Source: an uncultured Poribacteria bacterium (GTDB lineage: Bacteria; Poribacteria; WGA-4E; WGA-3G). Taken from it: a stretch of 64,000 nt of DNA. The notes beneath the pieces were generated by a model. It saw only the letters and a program-made list of their open reading frames with translations, was not told where the DNA came from and did no database searches. The position numbers and the translations under genes were made by a program. Location: the NCBI GenBank assembly GCA_951828515.1, contig OX639992.1:1352439-1416438 (forward strand), written 5' to 3'. Position 1 is the stretch's first letter, and each line of letters starts with the position of its first letter. Shown here piece after piece: positions 26,791-36,225 of the stretch.

Positions 26791-29067
26791 CTACCAATCA
26801 TCATCCCCGTTACCCCTTCTCACCAAAGGACTCTGAAACGCTGCCGATTGGGGTGTGACCGGTTTCTGTTGCTCGCGTTCCTTCTGCTTTTTATTGAAGT
26901 CCTCTTGTGCGATTTCGCTTTCTACACGCATCGTCGCCATGTCGATTTCAACATCTTTGAAAGGGTTCAGATCCCAGAGGAGAATGGAGCCATCAAAACT
27001 CGCACTCGCCAAAAGTTCGTTGTTCGGTGAAAAAGCGAGTCCCTGCACGTCTGTTGGATGTCCCCAAAATGTGGCACTGTGCTTGCCTGTCTCAACCTCC
27101 CACACATGGATAGGGACCTTCTCAAAACCTCGTTCCCATGCCGCACCGAATGCAAGGTACCTACTGCAAGATGAAAACGTTAACGCATGTGTCTCTTGAC
27201 ATCCCGTCGGTAGCGGTAGCCATCTGTAGGTTTCACGACGTTTGAGGTCCCACAATAGAATCCCTTCTGGATCTTCTCCACCGCATGCCAAATACGAACC
27301 ACACGGAGAATAAGCGAATACGGATGCATGCCGAAAGGGTAGAGTTGTCAGGATTTCGCGACGCTTGACATCCCACAAGCAGATAGCCTCTCCATACCGC
27401 AGCTTTTCGGTTCTTGCCTCGCTGCAAACGAGATACGAACTGCACGGAGAAAACCCCCGATTATCCCAGAGTCCCATAATTCCACCAATTTCATCACTTG
27501 GAAACTCGCGGATTTCTTCGTCGCGCTCTACATCCCAGAGTCGAGCGGACGGACAGTGATCCGTTTCACTGATCAGTAACTTCCCGTCTGGACTGAATTC
27601 CAACGTCGCCATCTCAGCATCTGGGAACCGCTCGTGTCGGTGTGTGAATTGGCAGATTTTTTCCATGCTCCCCAGATCCCAGACGATCAATATACCTTTT
27701 TCGTCCAAAGATGCCAGTCGATTGACTTGCGGCGCAAACGTTGCGCGGATCCATTTTCTGTCATGCTCTGTGAACTCTGCGATCAGCACCGCTTTATCCG
27801 CAATCTCCCATAGCCTGACGGTGTCGTTGTCAAGACTGACAATGTGCGGCTTTCCGCTGGAATCAGGAAAGAAAAACTGTCGTGTTCCGATCGGTTCTGA
27901 TTCGACTGCTCGGTTTAAATGCCTACTTGCTAAATCCCAGAAGAGAACATCACCATGCGAATACAACCGACGCCCTTCCCGGTACTCAGCAACCACTGTC
28001 TTTCCATCAGATGAAAACTCGACTGTATTCGGAAATGAGATTGGCTGATAGTTTGATGTATACGCGTGCGGTTTTCCGATATGCCAGACCTTAATGCCGC
28101 CATCTCCAGATGCGTGCACTAACCGTGAACCACCTGAGAAATCTACTATTGCATGTTCTCCTATGTTTTCTTCAGTCGCATAAAGTTTCTCTTTATCTTC
28201 CAAGTTCCACACCGTGATAATAGCAGTATCTTTGAACACTCCGTCATAAGAGATCGCTGTTGCGCGGAGGACACCTTCTGGTGAGTAGGCGGGAATCATG
28301 CAAGCAGAGCCATAACCTATATACTCCGCTACCTGTTGCCAATTAACCGTATCCCAGACGCAGACCCTACCATCTTTTCTTCCACCGGAGGCAAGAAAAC
28401 GACCACACGGTGAAAAGCAGAGACTATAGATAGAACTCGTGTGTCCTGTGAAACGGGCAATCTGTTCCCCTTGTTCCACACTCCACAGCAACACCGACTC
28501 GCCGTTGCTAACTCCATCGTCGCGCCCCGTAGATGCAATCAGGTGCGTGTCAGGTGAGAAGGCAATCGGCATGAAACGACCGCCTTTTTCGGCTTCACCG
28601 GTGAATTTTGTGAGTCTCTCGCCTGTTTCCGGGTGCCAGACGTTGATAGTAGCCGTTTCACTGTGGCTCGTAGCGAACCACCGACTGTCCGGTGAAAACG
28701 CCAATGTTGAAGGGGAAACCTCTGTTGTTATCTCCGTGAGGCACGTCCCGCGATGAGTATCCCATACCTTTATGGTGTCGTCCCAATCGCTGGTGGCTAT
28801 CCACTTCCCATTCGGCGAAAAAGTGGCTCTCCATGCCCCACGTTTCGTTCCTGATAATGCGACAGGCGACCTTGTTGCCACGTCATACAAATAGAGTCCT
28901 ACCCTTGTTCCGATGGCGAGGTAGTTGCCATCTGCGGAAAATGTCAGCGTCTCCACAAGACCTTGTCCCAATCGGGCGATTGCGCCTTCGGGGAGTGCCC
29001 AGGTCGTCGTATCATCTGTATCTACACGCATCGATACAGGCGTTCCTAAATCTTTACATGCCATCAA
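26791..29067 (-). CDS. WD40 repeat protein (758 aa), tandem paralog
   Basis: TWALPEGAIARLGQG N-terminal motif. There are many FSPDG/WD repeats and a C-terminal Lys/Glu-rich tail. Confidence 0.85.
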   Translation of the reverse strand: MMACKDLGTPVSMRVDTDDTTTWALPEGAIARLGQGLVETLTFSADGNYLAIGTRVGLYLYDVATRSPVALSGTKRGAWRATFSPNGKWIATSDWDDTIKVWDTHRGTCLTEITTEVSPSTLAFSPDSRWFATSHSETATINVWHPETGERLTKFTGEAEKGGRFMPIAFSPDTHLIASTGRDDGVSNGESVLLWSVEQGEQIARFTGHTSSIYSLCFSPCGRFLASGGRKDGRVCVWDTVNWQQVAEYIGYGSACMIPAYSPEGVLRATAISYDGVFKDTAIITVWNLEDKEKLYATEENIGEHAIVDFSGGSRLVHASGDGGIKVWHIGKPHAYTSNYQPISFPNTVEFSSDGKTVVAEYREGRRLYSHGDVLFWDLASRHLNRAVESEPIGTRQFFFPDSSGKPHIVSLDNDTVRLWEIADKAVLIAEFTEHDRKWIRATFAPQVNRLASLDEKGILIVWDLGSMEKICQFTHRHERFPDAEMATLEFSPDGKLLISETDHCPSARLWDVERDEEIREFPSDEIGGIMGLWDNRGFSPCSSYLVCSEARTEKLRYGEAICLWDVKRREILTTLPFRHASVFAYSPCGSYLACGGEDPEGILLWDLKRRETYRWLPLPTGCQETHALTFSSCSRYLAFGAAWERGFEKVPIHVWEVETGKHSATFWGHPTDVQGLAFSPNNELLASASFDGSILLWDLNPFKDVEIDMATMRVESEIAQEDFNKKQKEREQQKPVTPQSAAFQSPLVRRGNGDDDW

Positions 29068-29082
29068 AATATTCCTTGCACT

Positions 29083-31113
29083 CTACAGATAAGGTGTGAG
29101 ATCCCAGAGGTAGATCGCGCCGTCGTGTCCACCGCTTGCGAGAAGATTTCCGTCCTGAGAGAATGTAAAACACTGGACATCGGTAGTGTGCCCCCAGAAA
29201 GTGGTAATTTTTTCACCAGTCGCTACCTCCCACAAACAGATGGATACCTTTTTTAATCCACCTTTCCACCAAGCACCGGAAACCAAATACTCTCCGCACG
29301 GCGAAAAATGTAATGTAATAGATCTCTGGTTTTCCTCTAATTGTGGAATCGTCATAACGATTTTTCCGTCTGTTGCGTCCCACAAGACTATCTCGTTCCA
29401 CAGTCCACCAGCGATAATATCACCGTTTGGTGAAAACGCTATCCCGGTGTCAGACTCTCGATACGCTCCGCCTCTTGGTGGCGGATTTAAAGGAAGTTCA
29501 GCAATCTGTCTTCCCGTATCAACATCCCACAAACAGGCTTTCCAATCCCTTGACCTTGATATACTCGCAAGTCGTTCCCCATCTGGGCTAAACCTCAATC
29601 CAGTCGGGCTAAACCTCAATCCGTAAATAAATTCTTCATCGTTAATGACAGTAGGGTGCTTTTTCCAATCTTCGCTTTCCGTTACATTATTTAAGGTTGA
29701 TGGACGCTCCCAGATATGTATGTTGTCGTTCCTATCCGCGCTTGCGATCCGGTGTCCGGTAGGTGAAAACGCTTTTGCGCGACCTAAGCCTCCTTCCGGT
29801 CCTGGGAGTTTAGCAACAGGTTCGCTCTTGTCCACCTCCCACACGTTTAAGTTATCTCCATATACATTGACAGAAATAATTTTCCCGTCAGGCGCGCGAT
29901 AAACGTTACACGAGGTCCCGGGCAATTGCTCAACTTGTGGCCGGTATGAACGTCGACTCGCGACATCCCATAAAAGGACGTTATCACGCCAAAACCCAGC
30001 AGCAAGCGTCTTTTCGTCAGAGGAAAAGACCAATGTATCCATTGTAGGGATATGTCCATGAAGGGTTGAAAGGTTGTGAGTGTCGGTGTTACTACCCTTC
30101 GCCCAGATTTGGATCTCACTTTCGCTGGCAACTGCCAATCGTGCGCCACTCTCTGAAAAACATACATTTCTACTGTTCCCACGGTGTTCAAATTCGTCCA
30201 GTTTCTCATCCGTTTCTACATTCCAGATCTCAAGTTTGCGTTGAGAAACAGCAGCGGTCACCAGTTCACCTTCTGGAAGGAAGTATGGATACATCTGGGA
30301 TTCCCCATATTCTGAATGCGTCATCTCCAGTTGTCCACTTGTCACATCCCAGACATGTATTGTGCCGTGCCGACTACCGGCGGCAAGGAACCGCCCGCAC
30401 GGAGAAAAACAGAACCTTCTCACCCGCTCGGAATATCCCGTGATGTCGGCAACTTGTTTACCAGTTTCTACTTGCCAAACGGTAATCGAATCGCCGTCAC
30501 CGATATTCATACCCCTATTGCTACTGCTTTCGTCGCTGTTCTTACCCGCCAACAGGCTTAAATCCGGAGAAAAGCAAAGAGGATAGACATCGTAGGGATG
30601 CCGTATTTCCGTTTCTCTTACCTTCGTGCCAGTGTGTGGACACCAAACATGAATCTTCCTGTTTTTCATGCGGTAATTGGCAGCAACGAGGTGTTGTCCA
30701 TCTTCGGAAAAAACAGGTTGACAAATTCCTTGATTATCCAATCTTGACATCTGTGCTATGCAAATACCACTTTGAATGTCCCATATCTTTACCTCTTCAA
30801 CACAGGTGTCTGTGACAATCCGACGATTATCAGGTGAAAATGTGACAGAGTCAGTCATCCCACGTTCCGTGTCCCAAAGTGCAATCGGAGACAACGCAGG
30901 AAGTTCATATAACCAGAGACCTATTGATGTGCCGACTGCGAAGTACTGTTCGTCCGGTGAGAACGCCATGTCACGAATGCTGCCCTGTCCCAATCGGGCG
31001 ATTGCGCCTTCGGGGAGTGCCCAAGTCGTTACATCCTCACCCTCTACACTACGTGGTGCTGGGGCAAAAGAATTTCTATTTTCCATCAAAAACCTCCTGC
31101 AAGGTACTCGCAA
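29083..31113 (-). CDS. WD40 repeat protein (676 aa), tandem paralog
   Basis: Same N-terminal motif. The 5' about 60 nt of the coding sequence are nearly identical to the downstream paralog. Confidence 0.85.
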   Translation of the reverse strand: MRVPCRRFLMENRNSFAPAPRSVEGEDVTTWALPEGAIARLGQGSIRDMAFSPDEQYFAVGTSIGLWLYELPALSPIALWDTERGMTDSVTFSPDNRRIVTDTCVEEVKIWDIQSGICIAQMSRLDNQGICQPVFSEDGQHLVAANYRMKNRKIHVWCPHTGTKVRETEIRHPYDVYPLCFSPDLSLLAGKNSDESSSNRGMNIGDGDSITVWQVETGKQVADITGYSERVRRFCFSPCGRFLAAGSRHGTIHVWDVTSGQLEMTHSEYGESQMYPYFLPEGELVTAAVSQRKLEIWNVETDEKLDEFEHRGNSRNVCFSESGARLAVASESEIQIWAKGSNTDTHNLSTLHGHIPTMDTLVFSSDEKTLAAGFWRDNVLLWDVASRRSYRPQVEQLPGTSCNVYRAPDGKIISVNVYGDNLNVWEVDKSEPVAKLPGPEGGLGRAKAFSPTGHRIASADRNDNIHIWERPSTLNNVTESEDWKKHPTVINDEEFIYGLRFSPTGLRFSPDGERLASISRSRDWKACLWDVDTGRQIAELPLNPPPRGGAYRESDTGIAFSPNGDIIAGGLWNEIVLWDATDGKIVMTIPQLEENQRSITLHFSPCGEYLVSGAWWKGGLKKVSICLWEVATGEKITTFWGHTTDVQCFTFSQDGNLLASGGHDGAIYLWDLTPYL

Positions 31114-31344
31114 TCTGTCAATCAGGAGTAAGGTTGTCCATGTTGTTCGGAAAACTGGCTATACGCAAAGCCATTGATGGCAAAAGCAAAACAAGAGAAA
31201 GATGAAAACTTCCAACAAATATGTGCTTGCAAGCTTTACCGAAATAGTATATCATATATGTGTGAAAATTTAATCCTTTTCCCGCTTAGAAAACTAAAAA
31301 ATTACATAACACAGCGTGCCATAGAAGAAACAGGAAACCTCTTT

Positions 31345-31839
31345 ATGCGACATAACCTCTTCGTACCGAATAAAATGCCTTATGCCAAAGGAAAAAACCG
31401 TCCAGATGTACCGTGTATCCTATGTGCAATCGTCGAGAAAAATGATAAAGTCCAACGACTTGAGGTACATCGAACCGAACGCTTTACTATCTCGCTGAAT
31501 CTCTATCCTTACAGTCCGGGACATCTCTTAATTTTTCCGAATCGGCATGTGCTTGACGTACGGGAGTTGAATCAAGAAGAGGTTTGCGATCTTCACGAGC
31601 TCCAATGTCTCTGTTTCGAGGCACTGACACGCGCCTATCAGCCACGCGGCTTCAACGTTGGTTATAACATGGGTGATGCTTCGGGTGCAAGCATCCCGCA
31701 CTTCCATCTGCACGTTGTCCCCCGATATCCGCGTGAACTGGGATTCATGGACGTTATCGGTGGTGCGCGTATCATCATTGAAGATCCAAACGCCACACAG
31801 GAAAAACTTGTAAAGATATTTCAGGAATTGGCAATATAG
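31345..31839 (+). CDS. HIT (histidine triad) family nucleotide hydrolase/transferase
   Basis: HIT motif IPHFHLHVVPR. Start moved to the ATG at 31345 because the upstream extension is low-complexity and AT-rich. Confidence 0.7.
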   Translation: MRHNLFVPNKMPYAKGKNRPDVPCILCAIVEKNDKVQRLEVHRTERFTISLNLYPYSPGHLLIFPNRHVLDVRELNQEEVCDLHELQCLCFEALTRAYQPRGFNVGYNMGDASGASIPHFHLHVVPRYPRELGFMDVIGGARIIIEDPNATQEKLVKIFQELAI

Positions 31840-31950
31840 TTATTGGCTGTCGGCTGTCGGCTGTCAGTTATCGGTAAAGAGGGTTCTCTGTAACTATCCA
31901 CCTTGTCTTGGAATATGCCAAGAAAGGGTAGTTTGTTCCAAACCGCCCTT

Positions 31951-32066
31951 TATAGTAAAATCTACAATTACTTGGACATTACGGGGCGAGGATACAATCC
32001 TCGCCAGCGACAGTACGGGGTTTTGTGCATTGAACGACTGTTCACATATTTTCGGATTTTACTATA
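31951..32066. repeat. MITE-like palindromic element, copy B (divergent)
   Basis: TATAGTAAAATCTACAATTA...GGCGAGGATACAATCCTCGCC...TTTTCGGATTTTACTATA. Same ends and stem as copies A and C; it lies in the rhaI-like promoter region. Confidence 0.7.
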
Positions 32067-32111
32067 ACTGACAACCAACAACTGATAACCACTCAAGAAA
32101 GGAAAAACAGA

Positions 32112-33326
32112 ATGAACAATCTCGCTTATGATCTCTTAGCTGAAACATTAGAGAAACAGGGAATTCAGGTAGAGACTATCAAAGCCCAACTCAAGGAACA
32201 GCACATCGAAACGCCATCATGGGGTTACGGTAATTCCGGCACTCGGTTCGGGGTCTTTGAACAACCCGGTGCCGCGCGAAATGCTGCCGAACGCTTAGAA
32301 GACGCAGCCACTGTTCACCGTTTCACCGGTATTGCTCCGACCGTTGCGCTCCATATTCCATGGGACAAGACAGACGACTGGAATGCATTGAAACAGTACG
32401 CCGCGGATGTTGGTATCGGCATCGGCGCGATCAATCCGAACGTCTTCCAGGATCAGGCGTATAAACTCGGAAGTGTCTGTAACCCGGATGCCGCTATCCG
32501 TCGACTCGCAATCGATCATATACTGGAGTGCGCTGACATCATGGAGAAAACAGGTTCCGATCTGCTCAGTTTGTGGTTCGCAGATGGCACCAATTTTCCC
32601 GGTCAGTCAAACTTCAGGAAACGCAAACAGTGGATGGAAACGGCATTAGCCGAGGTCTACGACGCGCTCCCCGATGCCACTCGTATGCTTATCGAGTATA
32701 AGTTCTTTGAACCTGCATTCTACCATACCGACCTCCCCGATTGGGGCACCGCCTATTTGATGGCAAGGAAACTCGGTGAGAAGGCACAAGTCCTCATCGA
32801 CTTGGGGCATCACCCGCAAGGCACGAATATTGAGTTCATTGTTGCCTATCTGATTGATGAAGGGAAACTCGGTGGATTCCACTTCAACTGCCGGAAATAC
32901 GCAGACGACGATCTGACAGTCGGCTCTATCAATCCACAGGAAGTCTTCCTGATTTATACCGAACTGGTCGCCGCAGAACTCGATCCCAATACGGAAACCG
33001 ACATCGCTTACATGATCGATCAGAGCCATAATCTGAAGCCGAAGGTGGAAGCGAGCATCCAATCCGTCTGCAATCTGCAGAAGGCATACACGAAGGCACT
33101 GCTCGTTGACCGCGAGGCACTCGCAGCCGCACAGGATACCGCCGATTTGGTTGAGGCAGAATCCATACTTCAACGCGCGTATGAAACGGATGTAAATCCG
33201 CTATTGGAACAGGTTCGCTTGGAGATGGGACGCGATCCACACCCGCTGACGGCGTATCGGAAGAGCGGTTACTATGAGAAAATTAGTGCGGCTCGTGTCG
33301 GTGGTGAAAGCCAAGGTTGGGCATAG
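32112..33326 (+). CDS. L-rhamnose-isomerase-like sugar isomerase (xylose-isomerase-like TIM barrel)
   Basis: 404 aa. The N-terminal ...[17 protein letters not shown]... and ...IDLGHH...GGFHFN... blocks resemble the roughly 400-430 aa rhamnose isomerase family. Family-level call only. Confidence 0.55.
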   Translation: MNNLAYDLLAETLEKQGIQVETIKAQLKEQHIETPSWGYGNSGTRFGVFEQPGAARNAAERLEDAATVHRFTGIAPTVALHIPWDKTDDWNALKQYAADVGIGIGAINPNVFQDQAYKLGSVCNPDAAIRRLAIDHILECADIMEKTGSDLLSLWFADGTNFPGQSNFRKRKQWMETALAEVYDALPDATRMLIEYKFFEPAFYHTDLPDWGTAYLMARKLGEKAQVLIDLGHHPQGTNIEFIVAYLIDEGKLGGFHFNCRKYADDDLTVGSINPQEVFLIYTELVAAELDPNTETDIAYMIDQSHNLKPKVEASIQSVCNLQKAYTKALLVDREALAAAQDTADLVEAESILQRAYETDVNPLLEQVRLEMGRDPHPLTAYRKSGYYEKISAARVGGESQGWA

Positions 33327-33329
33327 GGG

Positions 33330-34271
33330 ATGAAGATTAAAACCGGAATTATCGGTTCAGGGGGGATGGCACGCCACCATCTCACACGATTCGCTTCAAT
33401 TCCAGATGCCGAAGTCGTGGCGATCGTCTCCAGAAACGAACAGACAGGCACCCAACTCGCCAAAGAACACGAGACGGTCTTTATGCCTGAATGGGAGCGT
33501 CTGGTTGCGCGCGAAGATATAGACGGGGTCGTTATCTGCACGCATAACGACAGTCACGGTGAAATGGTGCTTGCGGCGTTGCAAGCGGATAAACATGTGT
33601 TTGTGGAATATCCACTCGCCAGTGATGTCGGTGAAGGAGAAGCGGCACTTCAGCTTGCTGAAAAGCGGGGTCGTGTCCTTCGGGTGTCGCATCCAGAGGC
33701 GGTTTCTAACACCCACAAAGCACTCAAGGACAAAATAGGTGAATTCGGGGATCTATTGCTCACCTCTTTTGTCCGTCTCACACCCGGTCGCGGTGCGCGT
33801 CCTGAAATTCTCTTCAATCTGCCGGTGTCGGGAACCCCTGCACACTTTTTCATCTACCATATCTATCCGATTGTGGATTTCTTCGGTGGTGCTGCGTCCG
33901 TTAAGAAAAATGCCGTCTACGAAGGATTAAAGGAGAACGGACAGTACGACGGGTTTGTTAATACACTCATTGTTGAATTCAAACGCGGCGGCATCGGACA
34001 GTGGACCTGGGCAGGTGGCATCGCGATTAACGCTGCCGAAGAACACGAGCGATACGTTCTCACCGACGGCACAATTAGTGATGCGGGTGGCGAGTGGCAT
34101 TGCACAACACCTTCCGGCGTGACACCACTCCTTATACCGGATTCACCGCAACTGACGCTTCAGGAACTGTGGTTCTCCGAGATCCGAGATGCTGCCGATC
34201 AACCACCATGTTTAGACGACGCTACGGTCGCGCTGGAAGCAATCCGTATCAGTCTTGGGTTTGAAGAATAA
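33330..34271 (+). CDS. Gfo/Idh/MocA family oxidoreductase
   Basis: IKTGIIGSGGMARHH Rossmann N-terminus and the VFVEYPLA motif. It starts 4 nt after the isomerase, consistent with an operon. Confidence 0.8.
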   Translation: MKIKTGIIGSGGMARHHLTRFASIPDAEVVAIVSRNEQTGTQLAKEHETVFMPEWERLVAREDIDGVVICTHNDSHGEMVLAALQADKHVFVEYPLASDVGEGEAALQLAEKRGRVLRVSHPEAVSNTHKALKDKIGEFGDLLLTSFVRLTPGRGARPEILFNLPVSGTPAHFFIYHIYPIVDFFGGAASVKKNAVYEGLKENGQYDGFVNTLIVEFKRGGIGQWTWAGGIAINAAEEHERYVLTDGTISDAGGEWHCTTPSGVTPLLIPDSPQLTLQELWFSEIRDAADQPPCLDDATVALEAIRISLGFEE

Positions 34272-34602
34272 GTGTAGGATGGTGAAGATTTTCTGTCTCC
34301 AGAGGTTCAATTGAAAGTCTGCATCCGAATGCGTTAAGAATGGTTCTAAGCGTGTCAATCGTTAAAGCCTTGTCGCTTGATAGTTCTTCCGAGAGTACCT
34401 CCGGCTCAGTGTTAATTCTCTTGGCAAGTGCTGATACACCCCCCTCCGCCTCGGCAACGGTTTGGAGTGCCAATAGGACTACTCGCAGATCTCCAAAAGC
34501 TTGGTATTCTTCCATAATTGCTTGGAGATAGCCCTTTATCCGTTCCGGATCGGAAGCGAGGCGTTGAACCATGTATTCTCGCCATGTACCCGAATTTCTC
34601 AT
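34249..34602 (-). CDS. Addiction-module antidote protein (HigA-like, TIGR02684-type)
   Basis: Immediately downstream of the killer with a 4-nt overlap. ...YLQAIMEEYQAFGDLRVVLLALQTVAEAEGGVSALAKRIN... is typical of this antidote family. Confidence 0.65.
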   Translation of the reverse strand: MRNSGTWREYMVQRLASDPERIKGYLQAIMEEYQAFGDLRVVLLALQTVAEAEGGVSALAKRINTEPEVLSEELSSDKALTIDTLRTILNAFGCRLSIEPLETENLHHPTLILQTQD

Positions 34603-34946
34603 CGTTGTGCCTCCTTATATTCTCGCCAATAGTTTTTTGCCCGTGCAATATCTTGTGCCTGTGACGATTTGGCACCTCCACAAAGTAGAAGAACAATCAT
34701 GTTATCTACCTCACCAAAATAAATACGGTAGCCTGGACCGAAGTGGAAACGTAGTTCAAAGACCCCACCGCTACCGCGAATAGGTTCACAATCGCCAAAA
34801 TTGCCTCCGCTTTCAATAGATTCAATTCGTGCAAGAATTCGGTCTTGTGTCCGTTGATCTCGGATGGATTCAACCCATTCGGTGAAAGGTTCGCTGCCGT
34901 TTGGAGTTCGGTAGCGTTGTATTTCTCGCGGATATGCCTCACGCAT
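34599..34946 (-). CDS. Addiction-module killer protein (RelE/HigB-like, TIGR02683-type)
   Basis: ...FTEWVESIRDQRTQDRILARIESIESGGNFGDCEPIRGSGGVFELRFHFGPGYRIYF... Confidence 0.7.
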   Translation of the reverse strand: MREAYPREIQRYRTPNGSEPFTEWVESIRDQRTQDRILARIESIESGGNFGDCEPIRGSGGVFELRFHFGPGYRIYFGEVDNMIVLLLCGGAKSSQAQDIARAKNYWREYKEAQR

Positions 34947-35091
34947 GGTTAAATCTTAACTATTTATGTCTTTGTCCCGGAAGGTTGTGTTATCAGATTT
35001 CAGAACTATTAAGAATAAATTATTCTACCACACATTGCGGCTTTTGACAAATTATTTCTTTCCATGTCATCATTTCTGTATGTGAACATCG

Positions 35092-35871
35092 TTACGCTAA
35101 TGTTCGTTGAAACCACGCAACCGACCTGGCGACTACTGCTTGTTCCCAGACAACAGCATTGAAGGTATGGTCGGCTTTATCGACGATTTCAAGTTCCGTC
35201 AGAGCGTCGCGCCCGCGCATCAATTCGTGGTAGCGTCTGCCGTGGGAGACCGGCACGACATCATCGCCACTGCCGTGGATCACGAGGAGCGCGCCCGTAA
35301 ACTGCTGAATGGTAACGGAAGGGGATATGTTCGGGAGTTCTTCATAGAAGGCTTTCCCGACAATGTTTGGGTTTGCGAGTGCGATTTCCTCGGGTGTCGG
35401 TGCGTTTTTGGACCGCTCCAAAATTTCCTGTTTCCGGTCTGGCGGATCGTCCGAGAGCGGTGCCCACATCACCGTTGACTTCACACGTGCATCTTGCCCA
35501 GAGACACACGCCGCGACACAGCCTCCCATGCTCAATCCCAAAATCCCGATGCGTTCAGGGTCTACCCCTTGCATAGCGGTGAGAACGTCAATTGACTTGA
35601 TGGCATCGGAAATTTCGCCACCGATCGTCATCTCCGAGAAATCACCCGCGCTATCCCCGGAACCTCGAAAATCGAAGCGCAGCACATAGAACCCAATAGC
35701 GGCGAGTTCCCGTGCAGTTTTAACGAATATTCTGTGCGGTTCAACTTTCGTCCCCGTGAATCCGTGAAAAAAGACAACTGCCGGACAGGGTGCATCACAA
35801 CCTGTTGGAGAGTGCAGTATCCCGTTTAGTTGTTGTCCTTTGTTGTAAAATACTATTGGTCTTTCTATCAT
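35092..35871 (-). CDS. Alpha/beta hydrolase (dienelactone-hydrolase / peptidase-S9-like)
   Basis: Nucleophile elbow GLSMGG, and Asp and His of the triad near the C-terminus (GSGDDVVP, DHTF). Confidence 0.75.
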   Translation of the reverse strand: MIERPIVFYNKGQQLNGILHSPTGCDAPCPAVVFFHGFTGTKVEPHRIFVKTARELAAIGFYVLRFDFRGSGDSAGDFSEMTIGGEISDAIKSIDVLTAMQGVDPERIGILGLSMGGCVAACVSGQDARVKSTVMWAPLSDDPPDRKQEILERSKNAPTPEEIALANPNIVGKAFYEELPNISPSVTIQQFTGALLVIHGSGDDVVPVSHGRRYHELMRGRDALTELEIVDKADHTFNAVVWEQAVVARSVAWFQRTLA

Positions 35872-36225
35872 ATTTTTCTCTTCCCTGAGCGAGGTTCACT
35901 CTCCGTTTGACGCTAAAGCCCGTCGGAAATCCTCTGGACTTTCTGCTAAGATTGCGGCGCGATGCAACTGCCTAAGGCGTTGGGGGTCCTCAAATGTTAC
36001 GTTTTTATAACATTTTTAAATTGGCATTTCTGTGGGCGTTTCGGTTGAGAATCCACGGGTAGCGTGGGTTTCTTGAGTGTTTCTCCTGTGGCAACTCTCT
36101 GTTAAAAAAAATAATTTGGTGAAAAGTGTAACATTTTTCATTTTTTCGTCTGAATCGTGGATTATCTCGGATTACACCGATGACGCGGATTTTTGGGATT
36201 CTTCCCGTCAAGCCTATGGGTCCAT

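Noticed and set aside
32646-33173. 175-aa minus-strand ORF
   Set aside because: Antisense to the rhamnose-isomerase-like gene, which has a clear start, RBS context and family similarity.
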